IMG/VR virus record: IMGVR_UViG_3300018878_000140
Span: 1-64,000 of that record
Origin: an uncultured virus (IMG/VR IMGVR_UViG_3300018878_000140)
Taxonomy: Duplodnaviria; Heunggongvirae; Uroviricota; Caudoviricetes
Strand: one strand, 5' to 3'
DNA: 64,000 bases
The position numbers were made by a program, and so were the translations under genes. Position 1 is the first letter of the stretch, and each line of letters starts with the position of its first letter. The notes under the pieces were generated by a model, which was given only the letters and a program-made list of their open reading frames with translations, made no database searches and was not told the DNA's origin. Shown in pieces: positions 40,614 through 51,387 of the stretch.

Positions 40614-40953
40614 CTATGCTTTTTAATTAAGTCCCATGATTATTAATTATAATTTATCACGATATTCTCACTCGCGTTTAAACCTTCTGTAGCACGCCTT
40701 TAGCGTGCGGCGATAATTTATTTTTATTATTAATTATATTATTTATTAATTAATATTTATTTGTTGGCCGTAGGCCCACTTATTTATAAAAGTTAATATG
40801 TTTATCTGTTCGCTCTTACTCCGAGAACGTGTCTCTTTTATCATCATGTATACCCCCTATGTAAAACTTTACATTTAACAATTTTACGTTAGTATAAGTA
40901 ATTTCGGACAAATAATTAATAAATTACAGAATAATCTTATAGGAGGAAATGCT

Positions 40954-41682
40954 ATGAATCAACAAAGATTAGAATGTGAAAGACTTATCTATAAAATTAT
41001 GGATACATTAGATCCATCAGGTAAGAATAGAGAATTCTGGATGGAAGAATTTTCAAATATGAGTGATGAACAATTTAAAAAATATATGTCAGGTCATTAT
41101 CCATTATATTACCAAACTGGAGCTTTTAAAGAACCAAGTATGGATCAAATTAATAAAGCTCTTAAAGAAATTAATGTACCATTATTAGAATCAGTATATA
41201 TGCCATATAAATATAAGAATCCCAAAACAGGTAAACCTGTAAAAAGTAAACCTTGTCTTGTAGTGTATTATCATGAAAAGAGAATGAAACAGATATTAAC
41301 TAAAAAGAATAGTGCTTCTATATCTGCAGATACTAGAGATATGAAAACAGGTTTACTTACTGGTATTGATAAGAATGGTAAAGAATCTGATAGAGAATTT
41401 GAATCACTTGCAGTATCAGGATTAATGAAAACTGCAGAAGAATTAAGTAGACCTAGAGCTGACTCTATGGATGATAAAGATCTTATGAATAATATAATTA
41501 AGAATCTTGGTCAAGTAACATTATCAGAATTACCTGAAAATGTAGATGACTCTTTATCAAAAAATTTATTAAATGCTTATTTTATTGGCGCTCAGTTATA
41601 CAGTAACATTGTAGAAAAAGATAGCTACATGTTACCATATACAGCAAAAGATAAAGAACTTAAAGTTCAAAGAGTTGATTAA
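40954..41682 (+). CDS. Probable stand-alone C-terminal fragment of a second (virion-type) RNAP beta subunit
   Basis: Y..KRMKQILTKKNSAS...RDMKTG...K.G..SDRE..SL parallels the RpoB C-terminus (YMLKL.H...K...S...TQQP..GK...GQR.GEME..AL). GACA-N6-TA at 40907-40918. Confidence 0.55.
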   Translation: MNQQRLECERLIYKIMDTLDPSGKNREFWMEEFSNMSDEQFKKYMSGHYPLYYQTGAFKEPSMDQINKALKEINVPLLESVYMPYKYKNPKTGKPVKSKPCLVVYYHEKRMKQILTKKNSASISADTRDMKTGLLTGIDKNGKESDREFESLAVSGLMKTAEELSRPRADSMDDKDLMNNIIKNLGQVTLSELPENVDDSLSKNLLNAYFIGAQLYSNIVEKDSYMLPYTAKDKELKVQRVD

Positions 41683-41745
41683 AAAAATAATTAAAGTAAT
41701 TCATATACCCAGTACGGATGTCCGTACTGGGTATAATATCTTCAA

Positions 41746-41985
41746 TTATTTTTCAGGTTTAAAAGAATGATCATAATGACGATCTTTTGTTTTAGCAGCA
41801 ATTTCCATACACGCTGTCATTTCAACATATCTACATACAAGATATACTATCCATAACATAGCTGCTGTCCAAATGCAATTCATATACCATGTAAATGCAT
41901 ATGCATCTGTTACTGCGATTACTGCGAATAATGCGTTTATAATTACGCATGCCAATGTGATAAGTCTTAAAATAGTCGATTTCAT
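41746..41985 (-). CDS. Small two-TM membrane protein
   Basis: Two hydrophobic stretches; SD aaggag. Confidence 0.7.
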   Translation of the reverse strand: MKSTILRLITLACVIINALFAVIAVTDAYAFTWYMNCIWTAAMLWIVYLVCRYVEMTACMEIAAKTKDRHYDHSFKPEK

Positions 41986-42010
41986 TTTTAAGTTCTCCTT
42001 TAAATTTAAA

Positions 42011-42256
42011 TTATTTGTTTTCGATTATTTTGTTAAATTCTTCATTTGTAACGATTACGATAAATAAGTTATCGCCTCTATCATATGATATAAGGAAATC
42101 GCCACCATTAAAACCTTTGTCTTTCGACATGTCGATCATGCTATGAATTTCTTTTCTATCATAGCCACAATCTGTTAAGTTGATTACCAAATCTACTACT
42201 GATAATCTTGCCATGTTTACTGTGAATTCTTTTGCTGTGTTAGTTGAGTTGTCCAT
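42011..42256 (-). CDS. Hypothetical protein (81 aa)
   Basis: SD aggag; lies downstream of the duplicated promoter element. Confidence 0.7.
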   Translation of the reverse strand: MDNSTNTAKEFTVNMARLSVVDLVINLTDCGYDRKEIHSMIDMSKDKGFNGGDFLISYDRGDNLFIVIVTNEEFNKIIENK

Positions 42257-42322
42257 TGTTTTGTTCTCCTAATTATGTAAAATATTTAATTTGTAAGATT
42301 ATTCTTTTGCTTCTTACACTAT

Positions 42323-42360
42323 TATATTATATAATTAAATATACGTACTTTTACACATTC
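42323..42360 (-). repeat. Second copy of the 38-nt promoter-like element
   Basis: 37/38 identity with 25368-25405. Confidence 0.8.
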
Positions 42361-42395
42361 GACATTTAGATAATTGATAGAGGGAGGTACTATAA

Positions 42396-43562
42396 ATGAA
42401 AGATACCAAAGCAATACTTACCGAAGCATATCCAGTTATAGAAGCTGGCTTAAAAAAGAATACTACTAAATATAAAAAATTCTTATCAGATTATATGAAT
42501 AAAAATTCTGATATTTTATATTCTACAATACCGTCAAAACAGTTGTATTTCTCGCAAGAAGATTGTGATAATTATTTTAAATCTATTGATGTAAATCCTG
42601 GCATTGTAAAAAATGCAATAAGCCATACATATTACTATGATATTAGCAATTTCAATCCTAGATATGCTAAAGATGAAACTACAATAGCATTAATATGTAC
42701 TGTAAGATACTTTATGTTACACAATATGAAAAAAGAGTTAGAATTAGCTCTTATTAATATTGCATGTAGTGGTAAATATTATCCTAGTATATGGCATGGA
42801 TCATTCCAAGTTACAGCTCCAAATGAGCATATTATGGAATATGCTATAACACATCTAGCAACAAACAAATTTGAAATTGTTCGTGAAGGTTCAGTTGTAG
42901 GAGCACTTAAATCTATAGCTGCGACATGGGTGAATACATATAAAACTAAATTTAAAGAATTTCATGATGATGATGTTGTATATGTAGTACAGCAATTACA
43001 TAATAGACTACGTTCCTTTATGAATAATATCGCTAGTTTATATTATGAAGCTAATAAAAATAAAGATATTTATATAACTTATGATTCGGATGATGTAGGT
43101 GAAGATAATTACCATATGGCTGATTCTGATTCGTTGCTTATAGATAGATACGTAAATGCCACAATGAATTATATTAATTCACATGGGTTAAATTATAAGA
43201 TATGCAAATTAGCGTCAAATGATCTTGTTAAGTTTGATGAGCTTAAAGGTATAATAGATATGCTTACTAGAGAAAAAAATAATATTCCGATAATTAAAGA
43301 ATATATTACTCTCATGATAACTAACTATTATATGGATAGTGGTAAGAAAAATATAGAAGATATTGAATTTGTTTCATATTCTATATCCCCTAAACCTAAT
43401 TCTAAAAATGCTTACCATCTTAGGCAAAAAGAGCTATCTGAGAAGCTTCTTATTAACAATGCAGCTAATTTTAGTAGACGCCGCAGTAGAGGCGCTACCG
43501 AGTCCGCATATTTCCGTGCTTTTAATGCATACTTTGCTCTACTCATACAGGAAGCCAATTAA
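42396..43562 (+). CDS. Hypothetical helical protein (388 aa)
   Basis: SD ggagg; GACA-N6-TA at 42361-42372. Confidence 0.75.
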   Translation: MKDTKAILTEAYPVIEAGLKKNTTKYKKFLSDYMNKNSDILYSTIPSKQLYFSQEDCDNYFKSIDVNPGIVKNAISHTYYYDISNFNPRYAKDETTIALICTVRYFMLHNMKKELELALINIACSGKYYPSIWHGSFQVTAPNEHIMEYAITHLATNKFEIVREGSVVGALKSIAATWVNTYKTKFKEFHDDDVVYVVQQLHNRLRSFMNNIASLYYEANKNKDIYITYDSDDVGEDNYHMADSDSLLIDRYVNATMNYINSHGLNYKICKLASNDLVKFDELKGIIDMLTREKNNIPIIKEYITLMITNYYMDSGKKNIEDIEFVSYSISPKPNSKNAYHLRQKELSEKLLINNAANFSRRRSRGATESAYFRAFNAYFALLIQEAN

Positions 43563-43577
43563 AAACAAAAAATAAAT

Positions 43578-43602
43578 ACCGGTAGGGATTATCCCTACCG
43601 GT
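43578..43602. terminator. Bidirectional terminator
   Basis: accggtaggga-tta-tccctaccggt between convergent genes. Confidence 0.75.
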
Positions 43603-43610
43603 TATATTAT

Positions 43611-44192
43611 TTACCATAAAATATCTTTATAATGAGTATTCATATATTGCATAAACTTATCAATTTTAAATCTTGTATCAAAGCTTAAAGGTAACTTATT
43701 ACCTTTAGCATTCCAATATTCAAAAGTTGAAGAATTAAAATGTTTACTCATAGCCATCCAATCACATAACATTTCGATTATATAAATATCCGGCATATCA
43801 AGTATAACAATTTCTTTATTTTCTTCAACCAACACCCAATACATTGGATGATGAGGATTACTATGAACATGATGTAGCCACGCATAATTAAATTTAGATT
43901 TAATTTTTTCTTTATCTTCTTCTATACCTAAGATTGGATAAAATTTATTTGCATAAGCTTCAAATTCATATTCACTATATTTAGATAAATCGTGATAACG
44001 TATATTATTTATTAGAGAAGTATGCTTAACATCATATGCATATACAGAAGGAAAGATTTCTTTAAAACATTTCACATATTCAAAATAACAAAATTCAACA
44101 TTCTTAATATGTTCATTTATATATTCTGAATATCTATTACGCTGTTCTTCTTTATCTTTTGTATAAATTATTTTATTTGGCATAAGGATCAT
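43611..44192 (-). CDS. HD-like metal-dependent phosphohydrolase (DUF5662-like)
   Basis: EH..NV, HDLSKY, AWLHHVHSNPHHP..W, DMP...IIEMLCDW. Confidence 0.7.
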   Translation of the reverse strand: MILMPNKIIYTKDKEEQRNRYSEYINEHIKNVEFCYFEYVKCFKEIFPSVYAYDVKHTSLINNIRYHDLSKYSEYEFEAYANKFYPILGIEEDKEKIKSKFNYAWLHHVHSNPHHPMYWVLVEENKEIVILDMPDIYIIEMLCDWMAMSKHFNSSTFEYWNAKGNKLPLSFDTRFKIDKFMQYMNTHYKDILW

Positions 44193-44373
44193 TCCTCCCG
44201 TCTATTTTAATTATTTTACCGCAATTATCGCATCTATATACTCGTACTGAATATAATATAGTAACTGAACGTCCATATCTATCTATAGCTTTATCACACT
44301 CTGCATAATATCCTATTTCAGTTGCTTTCTGATGAAGACAGAAAAGCCTTTTCAATAGTTGTTTAAACTTCAT
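44173..44373 (-). CDS. Small Zn-ribbon protein (FC.H...C..CGK)
   Basis: KRLFCLH...RCDNCGK; coupled to its neighbours. Confidence 0.65.
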   Translation of the reverse strand: MKFKQLLKRLFCLHQKATEIGYYAECDKAIDRYGRSVTILYSVRVYRCDNCGKIIKIDGRNDPYAK

Positions 44374-45058
44374 TAATATTTCCTTCCTTTTCCACTTTCT
44401 TAACCATAACTAAATGAGCTAAATATACTGGATCATCTCCAGGTAGAAAATCTACTTCTTCTTCATGCATGTCTTCATAATAATCAACCTCATTAACAAC
44501 ATAGTCTTCAAATTGATCTTTTGTCATACTGGTATTTGGATAATCTGCTTTGACTTCTTCATATGAATTATAATTATCTAAATATATAAGATTATAATCA
44601 AGACACTCATCTTTAACTAAAATACCAGAACAAATTTTATAATGTTCTTGAAAAGCCATTCCAGGTTCTTGCGACCACAATTCTATTTCTAATTGTAATC
44701 TTTTAGATTCTTTTAAAAGAGTGCTACCATAATGCTCGCCTGGATGATCATGTTCAAACTGCATGAAGTATGACCAAGGACCACCCATCATACATGAACT
44801 AACAGACCATGCACATTCAAAATCAATAGATACACATTTATATATTCCACTATTCCAATGCTCATCAAATTTATATGCTGAGAATACCCTAAAGAAATGT
44901 GGTATATGCGTAAAGTTTTTAGGATCTACACACCAACTATAATCATAATTATTTTTATCTTTATAATATGAATAGTTAGCATCTAATATTTTTAATAATT
45001 CATCAACGCAATCGGCACGACCTCTAACGTTCATGAAACCAGTACATATATTTGGCAT
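44363..45058 (-). CDS. YubB/DUF1281-like ferredoxin-fold protein
   Basis: MPN.C.G...V.G, F.CAWS and EPGM.F pattern. Confidence 0.5.
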   Translation of the reverse strand: MPNICTGFMNVRGRADCVDELLKILDANYSYYKDKNNYDYSWCVDPKNFTHIPHFFRVFSAYKFDEHWNSGIYKCVSIDFECAWSVSSCMMGGPWSYFMQFEHDHPGEHYGSTLLKESKRLQLEIELWSQEPGMAFQEHYKICSGILVKDECLDYNLIYLDNYNSYEEVKADYPNTSMTKDQFEDYVVNEVDYYEDMHEEEVDFLPGDDPVYLAHLVMVKKVEKEGNINEV

Positions 45059-45076
45059 AATAACACCTTCTTTATA

Positions 45077-45658
45077 TTAATTACCTAATCTTTCATTGAT
45101 ACATTCATGTATAATACATCTTAAATCTCTTCCATCATAATATGGAGTTGAATTTATTGTATTGCCTACTAAACGTTCTCTTATTCTTTCTTTCATATCA
45201 TTTGCATATCCAGTAATAGAATATTCTACTAAATCATTAGCTATCTTGTCAATACGCTCTTGATAGTCGGTTGAAGTAACTATTTCTTCTACCTTTTTAA
45301 TCAATTCTTCTTTAATACGTTCATTAAATCTATTTTTAATCATCTCTCCTATAGATGGTTCTGTTACATTACCCCAAGAATTTTTCTTGCCTTCTGTGAT
45401 AACTTTTATTTCTTTTGATATACCTTCAGTGTAATCATATCTAGATTGCTTTGTGAATAAATCATTTGATATAAAATCCATTAATCTTTGCATATCTTCA
45501 GATGATAACTGAGCTATATATTGTTCAGCTAACATATTGCCCATAGTTTTAGATAGGTCTATATTAATACCCATCATATTAATTTTTCCTGCGGTTTCAC
45601 CTCTGGTTACTCCCATTTGTTCTAATTGTTCTTTGTCATAAATAACATTGTTCTCCAT
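45077..45658 (-). CDS. Hypothetical protein
   Basis: 193-aa ORF with TATATTATA upstream (45691-45699). Confidence 0.7.
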   Translation of the reverse strand: MENNVIYDKEQLEQMGVTRGETAGKINMMGINIDLSKTMGNMLAEQYIAQLSSEDMQRLMDFISNDLFTKQSRYDYTEGISKEIKVITEGKKNSWGNVTEPSIGEMIKNRFNERIKEELIKKVEEIVTSTDYQERIDKIANDLVEYSITGYANDMKERIRERLVGNTINSTPYYDGRDLRCIIHECINERLGN

Positions 45659-45742
45659 AGTTATTATTCCTTTCTATTTTTATTCATAATTATAATATAC
45701 TATTGTATTACTTTTTAGTAAAAAATAAAATAAAAATTAATA

Positions 45743-45766
45743 GAGGTAGGGATCACTCCCTACCTC
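45743..45766 (-). terminator. Intrinsic terminator after gyrA
   Basis: gaggtaggga-tcac-tccctacctc. Confidence 0.75.
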
Positions 45767-45771
45767 ATATT

Positions 45772-48135
45772 TTATTTTCTAATAAGTTCTGCTTTAATTA
45801 CTCCATCTTTACAGAGTTTAACACCCTGGCTTACACTTGAACCATAAGGAATACTATCAGTATCTATTTCTAATACTTCATCTGCTCTTACTACACGAAT
45901 AGTACTATTACCTGCACAAGAGAATATATTTAAAATATAATCACCCTTATTAAGTTTGATAACTTTACTACCTGCTTTGTTACGAGCACTTCTTTCAAAT
46001 GCAGCCTGAGATATTTTATTAAATCTACCTTTAGCTGTAACTACAACTACATCTTTTGTATCCGATGTAACAACTGAAATACCATCAATTGTTTCTGTAG
46101 TTTTCATAGCTTGATTACCAAGTGTAGATCTCTTTAAATAAGGAATCTGTTCAATTGGCATTCTTAAAGCTTTAGATTTTGTATATACAATAACATCAGA
46201 TTTTTGATTTGCTATAAGAATATCACAAACCATATCATTAGCATTAAGCTTAGAATAAATAATACCAGACGGTGTAGCATTAAGCACATCATCTATATCC
46301 ATTCTCTTGATTAAACCATTCTTAGTTACTGTAACTACAAAATACTTAGAACCTTTATTCTGTAAGTGTTCAAGTATCGGTAAATACATTACAGAAATGA
46401 TATTACTTGTAAGCTTCTTAAGGATAAGACGAATATCCAATCCAGGACTGTTCTTATCTGTAAAAGCAATCTTATGTACAGGTAATCTAAATACTTTACC
46501 CATCTGATCGAATAATAAAATATCTTTACTATTATCAGCAATAATAATACATTTAGCATTATCGCCTTTAACAGTTTTAATAGGATCATTTATTTGAAGT
46601 TTCTTAATATAATTCTGTTCTGTTACAACTAATTTAAATTCACCTTCGGGTATATTAGATGCTTCAGATTCAGAAATAAGAATGCTCTGTCTGGGTTTAC
46701 CATATTTAGCTTTAATTTCAAGAAGCTCTTGTTCAATTTCTTGATCAATAAGTTTTTCATTTGTAATTATATTTATATAATTATTTACATCTGCAAATAA
46801 TCTAGCTTGTTCTTCTTTATACTTATTAAGATGACCTTTAGAAAGTCTACCAATTTCAGTATGAAGAACGAATTTGGCCTGAAGGTCTGTAATCTTAAGT
46901 TTCTTCATAAGCCAATCTACAAGATATCCTTCATCCATAGATGCCTGATTACGAATCATACGTATAATATTTTCTACGTCACCAGATTCAAGAATCTTAA
47001 TATATGTATCAAGCTGATGTAATCTTGTTTCCGCTTTCTGTAATCTAAAATTATATAAACGGAATTTAACAGATCTACGAAACTCTAAGAAATATGCAAT
47101 ATATGCTTTATAACTAATACGACTTACATCTGTCTCATTAATTACCTGCATATTAATTCTCTTAGTATCCTGAAGAGGAGTATTCTTATAAAGAACCTGT
47201 TTTACATAATTAGGATCTGAACCTCTCTTAAGGATAATATGAATATCAAGTTGATTTTCTGTAGAATGATCTTGTATGTCTGCAATCTGAACAAGTTTCT
47301 TATCTTTAATAAGATTCTCAATCTTTTCAGCTATGCTATCATAGAAGATCAAATCAGGTGTAGATAAAATATGTAATGTATCTATTCCTGTTTTTGGATT
47401 ATGCTCTATATTAATTATACCACGTTCAATATAATAACCATAACCAGTATTACTTATTTTCTTCCAGTCTGTATCAATAACTTCACATTTTTGACATGGG
47501 TCAGGAATAAGTATTACCTTAGCTTTAGGATCATGTAATACTGCAATAGTTGCATCTATAACATCATTAAGACTATGCTTAGGACTCTCTATACGGCTAC
47601 CAATTGCAATACCAAAACATCCATTAACTAAAAGAAGCGGAACCTTTACAGGTAAGCACTCTGGTTCTTTAGTATGATTATCAAATGTATTCTGCCAGTC
47701 AACTACATCTCTTACTTCTTGTAAATCTCCTATAACACAATCCATAGAAAATTTAGATAAATAAGCTTCAGTATAACGCATAGCTGCCTGAGGACCACCC
47801 TGAAGTGAACCTGAGTTTGAGTCATAATTAATAAGAGGCACTTTTATTTCGAACCAGTTTGTTAATGCTTTCATACTTCCGTATACAGCATCCTGTGAAT
47901 GCGGATGGTATTTAGCTATAACAAGACCTACGGTATTTGCTGATTTACGTTTTGTATTTACCGAAATGCATCCAACGTCATTCCACATAGCATACAAGGT
48001 TCTTCTTTGACCTGGTTTAAGACCATCTCTAATATCTGGCGTATATCTATCATATAAAATATATAATGAATATCTAGCCATGTTTTCCATATAAGCTTTA
48101 CGCGAATCTATCTGAATAATATTATCATTAGCCAT
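45772..48135 (-). CDS. gyrA: Type II topoisomerase subunit A (GyrA/ParC-like, with C-terminal beta-pinwheel)
   Basis: DIRDGLKPGQRR, KYHPHS, AAMRYTE (catalytic Tyr), LLVNG..GIA.G and C-terminal blade repeats. Confidence 0.93.
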   Translation of the reverse strand: MANDNIIQIDSRKAYMENMARYSLYILYDRYTPDIRDGLKPGQRRTLYAMWNDVGCISVNTKRKSANTVGLVIAKYHPHSQDAVYGSMKALTNWFEIKVPLINYDSNSGSLQGGPQAAMRYTEAYLSKFSMDCVIGDLQEVRDVVDWQNTFDNHTKEPECLPVKVPLLLVNGCFGIAIGSRIESPKHSLNDVIDATIAVLHDPKAKVILIPDPCQKCEVIDTDWKKISNTGYGYYIERGIINIEHNPKTGIDTLHILSTPDLIFYDSIAEKIENLIKDKKLVQIADIQDHSTENQLDIHIILKRGSDPNYVKQVLYKNTPLQDTKRINMQVINETDVSRISYKAYIAYFLEFRRSVKFRLYNFRLQKAETRLHQLDTYIKILESGDVENIIRMIRNQASMDEGYLVDWLMKKLKITDLQAKFVLHTEIGRLSKGHLNKYKEEQARLFADVNNYINIITNEKLIDQEIEQELLEIKAKYGKPRQSILISESEASNIPEGEFKLVVTEQNYIKKLQINDPIKTVKGDNAKCIIIADNSKDILLFDQMGKVFRLPVHKIAFTDKNSPGLDIRLILKKLTSNIISVMYLPILEHLQNKGSKYFVVTVTKNGLIKRMDIDDVLNATPSGIIYSKLNANDMVCDILIANQKSDVIVYTKSKALRMPIEQIPYLKRSTLGNQAMKTTETIDGISVVTSDTKDVVVVTAKGRFNKISQAAFERSARNKAGSKVIKLNKGDYILNIFSCAGNSTIRVVRADEVLEIDTDSIPYGSSVSQGVKLCKDGVIKAELIRK

Positions 48136-48279
48136 AACTTATATATCCTCCTTAATTAATACTTTTAATTATGAGTTACTTCTTATGTAACTTCTTAATT
48201 ATAATATATTATTTTAATTAATTTTACATAAGAATTCCGGAGTAGTTTAAACTACTCCGGAGTAAAGGTTTAATATATT

Positions 48280-48738
48280 TTAATCTTCGGAGGGAATCTC
48301 TTCTACAGCTTCTTCACAAGGTGTAAGATTAAATTTAGTAATAGTTTTTAATCCGCCTTCTCTAAATGTGGTAAAAATAGGCTCGATAATAAACTCTTTA
48401 TACATCTTTGTATATTCTACAAAGTTGTTATAAATAACAACAGTAAACTCTGTTGCATTAGCATCATAATCACGAATATATCCGATTGTAGATACACGTG
48501 TATCATCTGCATCTGTAGTTGTATGATCAATCAAACTTCTATAAGCAGTAAGCGAAATAGAAATTTTATTAAACAAAGTGTTAGCGAGAACATCCATAAT
48601 TTCAGTATGAAGATTCTCATCCACATTTGCAGGTAAGCCAAGCTTCACTTTAAGTTCACACAGAACTTTTTTAGGTTTATTGCTGTTAAAAGGTTTTTTA
48701 GTTTTCTGATTAAAATTGCTCATATAAGAGTCCTCCAT
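48280..48738 (-). CDS. Hypothetical protein between gyrB and gyrA
   Basis: 152-aa ORF; TACA-N6-TA at 48774-48785. Confidence 0.7.
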   Translation of the reverse strand: MEDSYMSNFNQKTKKPFNSNKPKKVLCELKVKLGLPANVDENLHTEIMDVLANTLFNKISISLTAYRSLIDHTTTDADDTRVSTIGYIRDYDANATEFTVVIYNNFVEYTKMYKEFIIEPIFTTFREGGLKTITKFNLTPCEEAVEEIPSED

Positions 48739-48861
48739 TGAAAATTAATTATAAGAATTATTTTAAATTCTAGTAATTTAATGTACGTGGTACAGTTAAA
48801 TATTTACATTTTTAAATAAAAAATAAAATACCGATAGGAATTTATCCTATCGGTATATTTT

Positions 48862-51171
48862 TTAAACAATATCTTCTTTACGTATTTTAATGCCTCTTGA
48901 GAAGATTGCTTTATCACTTTGTAATTCTGTGAAATACTTAAGTTCTTTCTTACAATCTTCGATGGTATATTGTTTAAGAGTACGTCCCATTCCTGGTAAT
49001 ACTGTAGATTCTCCTAACATCTTAGGAGGCATTTCGCCGAGACCTTTATATCTAGTAAGATTCTTAGGTTCAAATTCATTAAATAAATTCATCAATCCAA
49101 GTAATGTCATTTTTTGACCATTGACCATATAGAATTTATCAGAGTTATTAATCATATCTATAAGTCTAGCACAGTCTGCAAACATACGTTGATTACAAAA
49201 TACTGTTTGGAATCTAGAACCTACAAGACCTCTTAATATAATAACTCCATTTTCTTTAGAAACCTTAACAAATTTAAATTGCTTTTCTATAGCAGTTTTA
49301 AATTTAGCAGAATCAATACCAAGATCTAAATTATATAAAATGAATTCCATTAACGAATGGTCTATTGCGTATGTAGAACATACATGATTCATATATTTTA
49401 TATAATCTATATTATCATAAAGAATTTTTGTAATTTGCTGCTTACTATAAGCTTTATTTTTAATATCTGCAACTACATTTTCTTTACAGAATACAGATTG
49501 TACATACTCTACATATGCTATATTATTTTCAAAGAATTTCATTTTATTCTTTCCTACAGATACGCCATATAATGGTGGATTAGCTGCATATAATTTACCC
49601 TGTTCTATAACGAAAGGTAAATATCTAAGAAACAATCCAAATACCAGACACTGGATATGAGAACCATCAGCGTCACCATCGGCAGCTATAACTACTTTAG
49701 ATGGTTTAAATTGTTCTGGATCAAATTTCTTTTGATAGCCATTATAACCACAGATTTTGAAAATAGAAGCTACTTCTTCATTTTCAAAGAAACGTTTTGT
49801 AGGTGTTGTAAAAGCATTAATAATTTTACCACGTATGGGAAATACTGACTGTGTTGCTTTATCTCTATTATTTTCCATAGCTGAGGCGCAAGAATCACCT
49901 TCAACTATCCAGAACTCAAAAGGACCTTTACCATTTGGTTTCTTATATTTAGCAGGCATTCCACTAACTACAGAAGCAGTATATTTATCAGACATTTTTA
50001 TTTTTTCATTATCTGATTTCATACGAATTTCACATACCTCTTTAAGGTATTTACAAATCTTCTGCAATTCATTAGGACTGCTTTGTGCCCAGTTTTCAAG
50101 CGCTTTTAAAGTTACGTTATAGATATAAGGTTTCATATCTTCTTTAGAAAAGATTTCTTTTGACTGTCCTGTGAACATCGGATTTACGTGGAATATACTT
50201 ATTACAGCACGTAAACCTGTTCTTATATCCTGTGCATTTACCTGAAGTTTTTTGTTATTCACTAAATATATTTTGTTCATATAATCACGAAAATATTTAA
50301 TGATAGCATCCAAAAAGCCGTCGATATGAGTACCTGCCGAAGTCGGGCACATATTCGCAAAGCCCAATATTTTTGGGTCGTCCATATTGGCAATATCATA
50401 TGAAAACAAAACTTCTGCTTTCATAGTTCCATTATCTTCAGTAAAATATATTGGATTGAAAACCTTTTTCTCACATATGCTATCCATTAGTTCAAGTATG
50501 CCATTTTTATTTTCTATGACAACTTTTCTTGTTCTACCCATAGAATCAATAGCATTAAATAAAACACGTGTTCCAGGGCGACATAAATGAGTAATAAGCC
50601 ATGTTAGATTTTGAATTTCATCTACCGTAACTGTTATTTGTCCCATCATATTAGATGGGCAAAATGATGTGATAAGACCATGCTTATCTTTTTTAGGTTT
50701 TATAGTTTGTAATCCTTTAGAGTTGATTCTACCCTCTTCAAATTCAACCTTACCAGCTGTACCATCAGGTCTATAAGATTCAACTACAAAGAATTTAGAT
50801 AAATAGTTTGTAATAGTAGCACCCATACCATTCTTACCAGAACTGTATTCGCCGCTACCTTCTTTTTTATCATAGTTTGATGATGAATGCAATACAGAGA
50901 ATACAGGCACAAGCATATTTATTTCAATACCTTGACCATTGTCTTCTATAATACATGTATGAGATCTTTCATCGAAAGATATAATGATATTTTTATCAAG
51001 AGTGTTACCCTTAATAATTTCATCAAGTGAGTTTTGTACAATCTCTCTGTACATATTTAAAAATCCAGCATTGCCGAGAGCACCAATATACACATCTGGT
51101 AATTTTCGCACCGCCTCTACTGGGTCATCTATAATTTGTATTTTCTTTTGCTGTTTAGGCATCTCAGCCAT
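48862..51171 (-). CDS. gyrB: Type II topoisomerase subunit B (GyrB/ParE-like)
   Basis: EAVRK.P..YIG, EIVQNSLDE, DNGQGI, G.NGMG, VEGDS, P.RGKI.N, DGDADGSHI, RYKGLGEM. Confidence 0.94.
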   Translation of the reverse strand: MAEMPKQQKKIQIIDDPVEAVRKLPDVYIGALGNAGFLNMYREIVQNSLDEIIKGNTLDKNIIISFDERSHTCIIEDNGQGIEINMLVPVFSVLHSSSNYDKKEGSGEYSSGKNGMGATITNYLSKFFVVESYRPDGTAGKVEFEEGRINSKGLQTIKPKKDKHGLITSFCPSNMMGQITVTVDEIQNLTWLITHLCRPGTRVLFNAIDSMGRTRKVVIENKNGILELMDSICEKKVFNPIYFTEDNGTMKAEVLFSYDIANMDDPKILGFANMCPTSAGTHIDGFLDAIIKYFRDYMNKIYLVNNKKLQVNAQDIRTGLRAVISIFHVNPMFTGQSKEIFSKEDMKPYIYNVTLKALENWAQSSPNELQKICKYLKEVCEIRMKSDNEKIKMSDKYTASVVSGMPAKYKKPNGKGPFEFWIVEGDSCASAMENNRDKATQSVFPIRGKIINAFTTPTKRFFENEEVASIFKICGYNGYQKKFDPEQFKPSKVVIAADGDADGSHIQCLVFGLFLRYLPFVIEQGKLYAANPPLYGVSVGKNKMKFFENNIAYVEYVQSVFCKENVVADIKNKAYSKQQITKILYDNIDYIKYMNHVCSTYAIDHSLMEFILYNLDLGIDSAKFKTAIEKQFKFVKVSKENGVIILRGLVGSRFQTVFCNQRMFADCARLIDMINNSDKFYMVNGQKMTLLGLMNLFNEFEPKNLTRYKGLGEMPPKMLGESTVLPGMGRTLKQYTIEDCKKELKYFTELQSDKAIFSRGIKIRKEDIV

Positions 51172-51241
51172 AATAACACTCCCTTTCTGAACATTGATTA
51201 TTTAATCGTTTGTTTCATTATAAAAAATAATTTAGTTATAC

Positions 51242-51316
51242 TGGCTGGGGTAGCTGGGCTCGAACCAGCGAATGTAGGAGTCAAAGTCCTATGCCTTACC
51301 GCTTGGCTATACCCCA
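51242..51316 (-). tRNA. tRNA-Gln (TTG)
   Basis: TGGGGTATAGCCAAGCGGTAAGGC...CT-TTG-AC...GGTTCGAG...TACCCCAGCCA. Confidence 0.95.
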
Positions 51317-51387
51317 GTATAACTAGAGCAGAGGAAATTACTCCTCTGCTCTTCATTATTTTTTATTAGGTTTATGTGTTATTGATC

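Noticed and set aside
51136..51369. 77-aa plus-strand ORF
   Set aside because: It is antisense to tRNA-Gln and the gyrB start.
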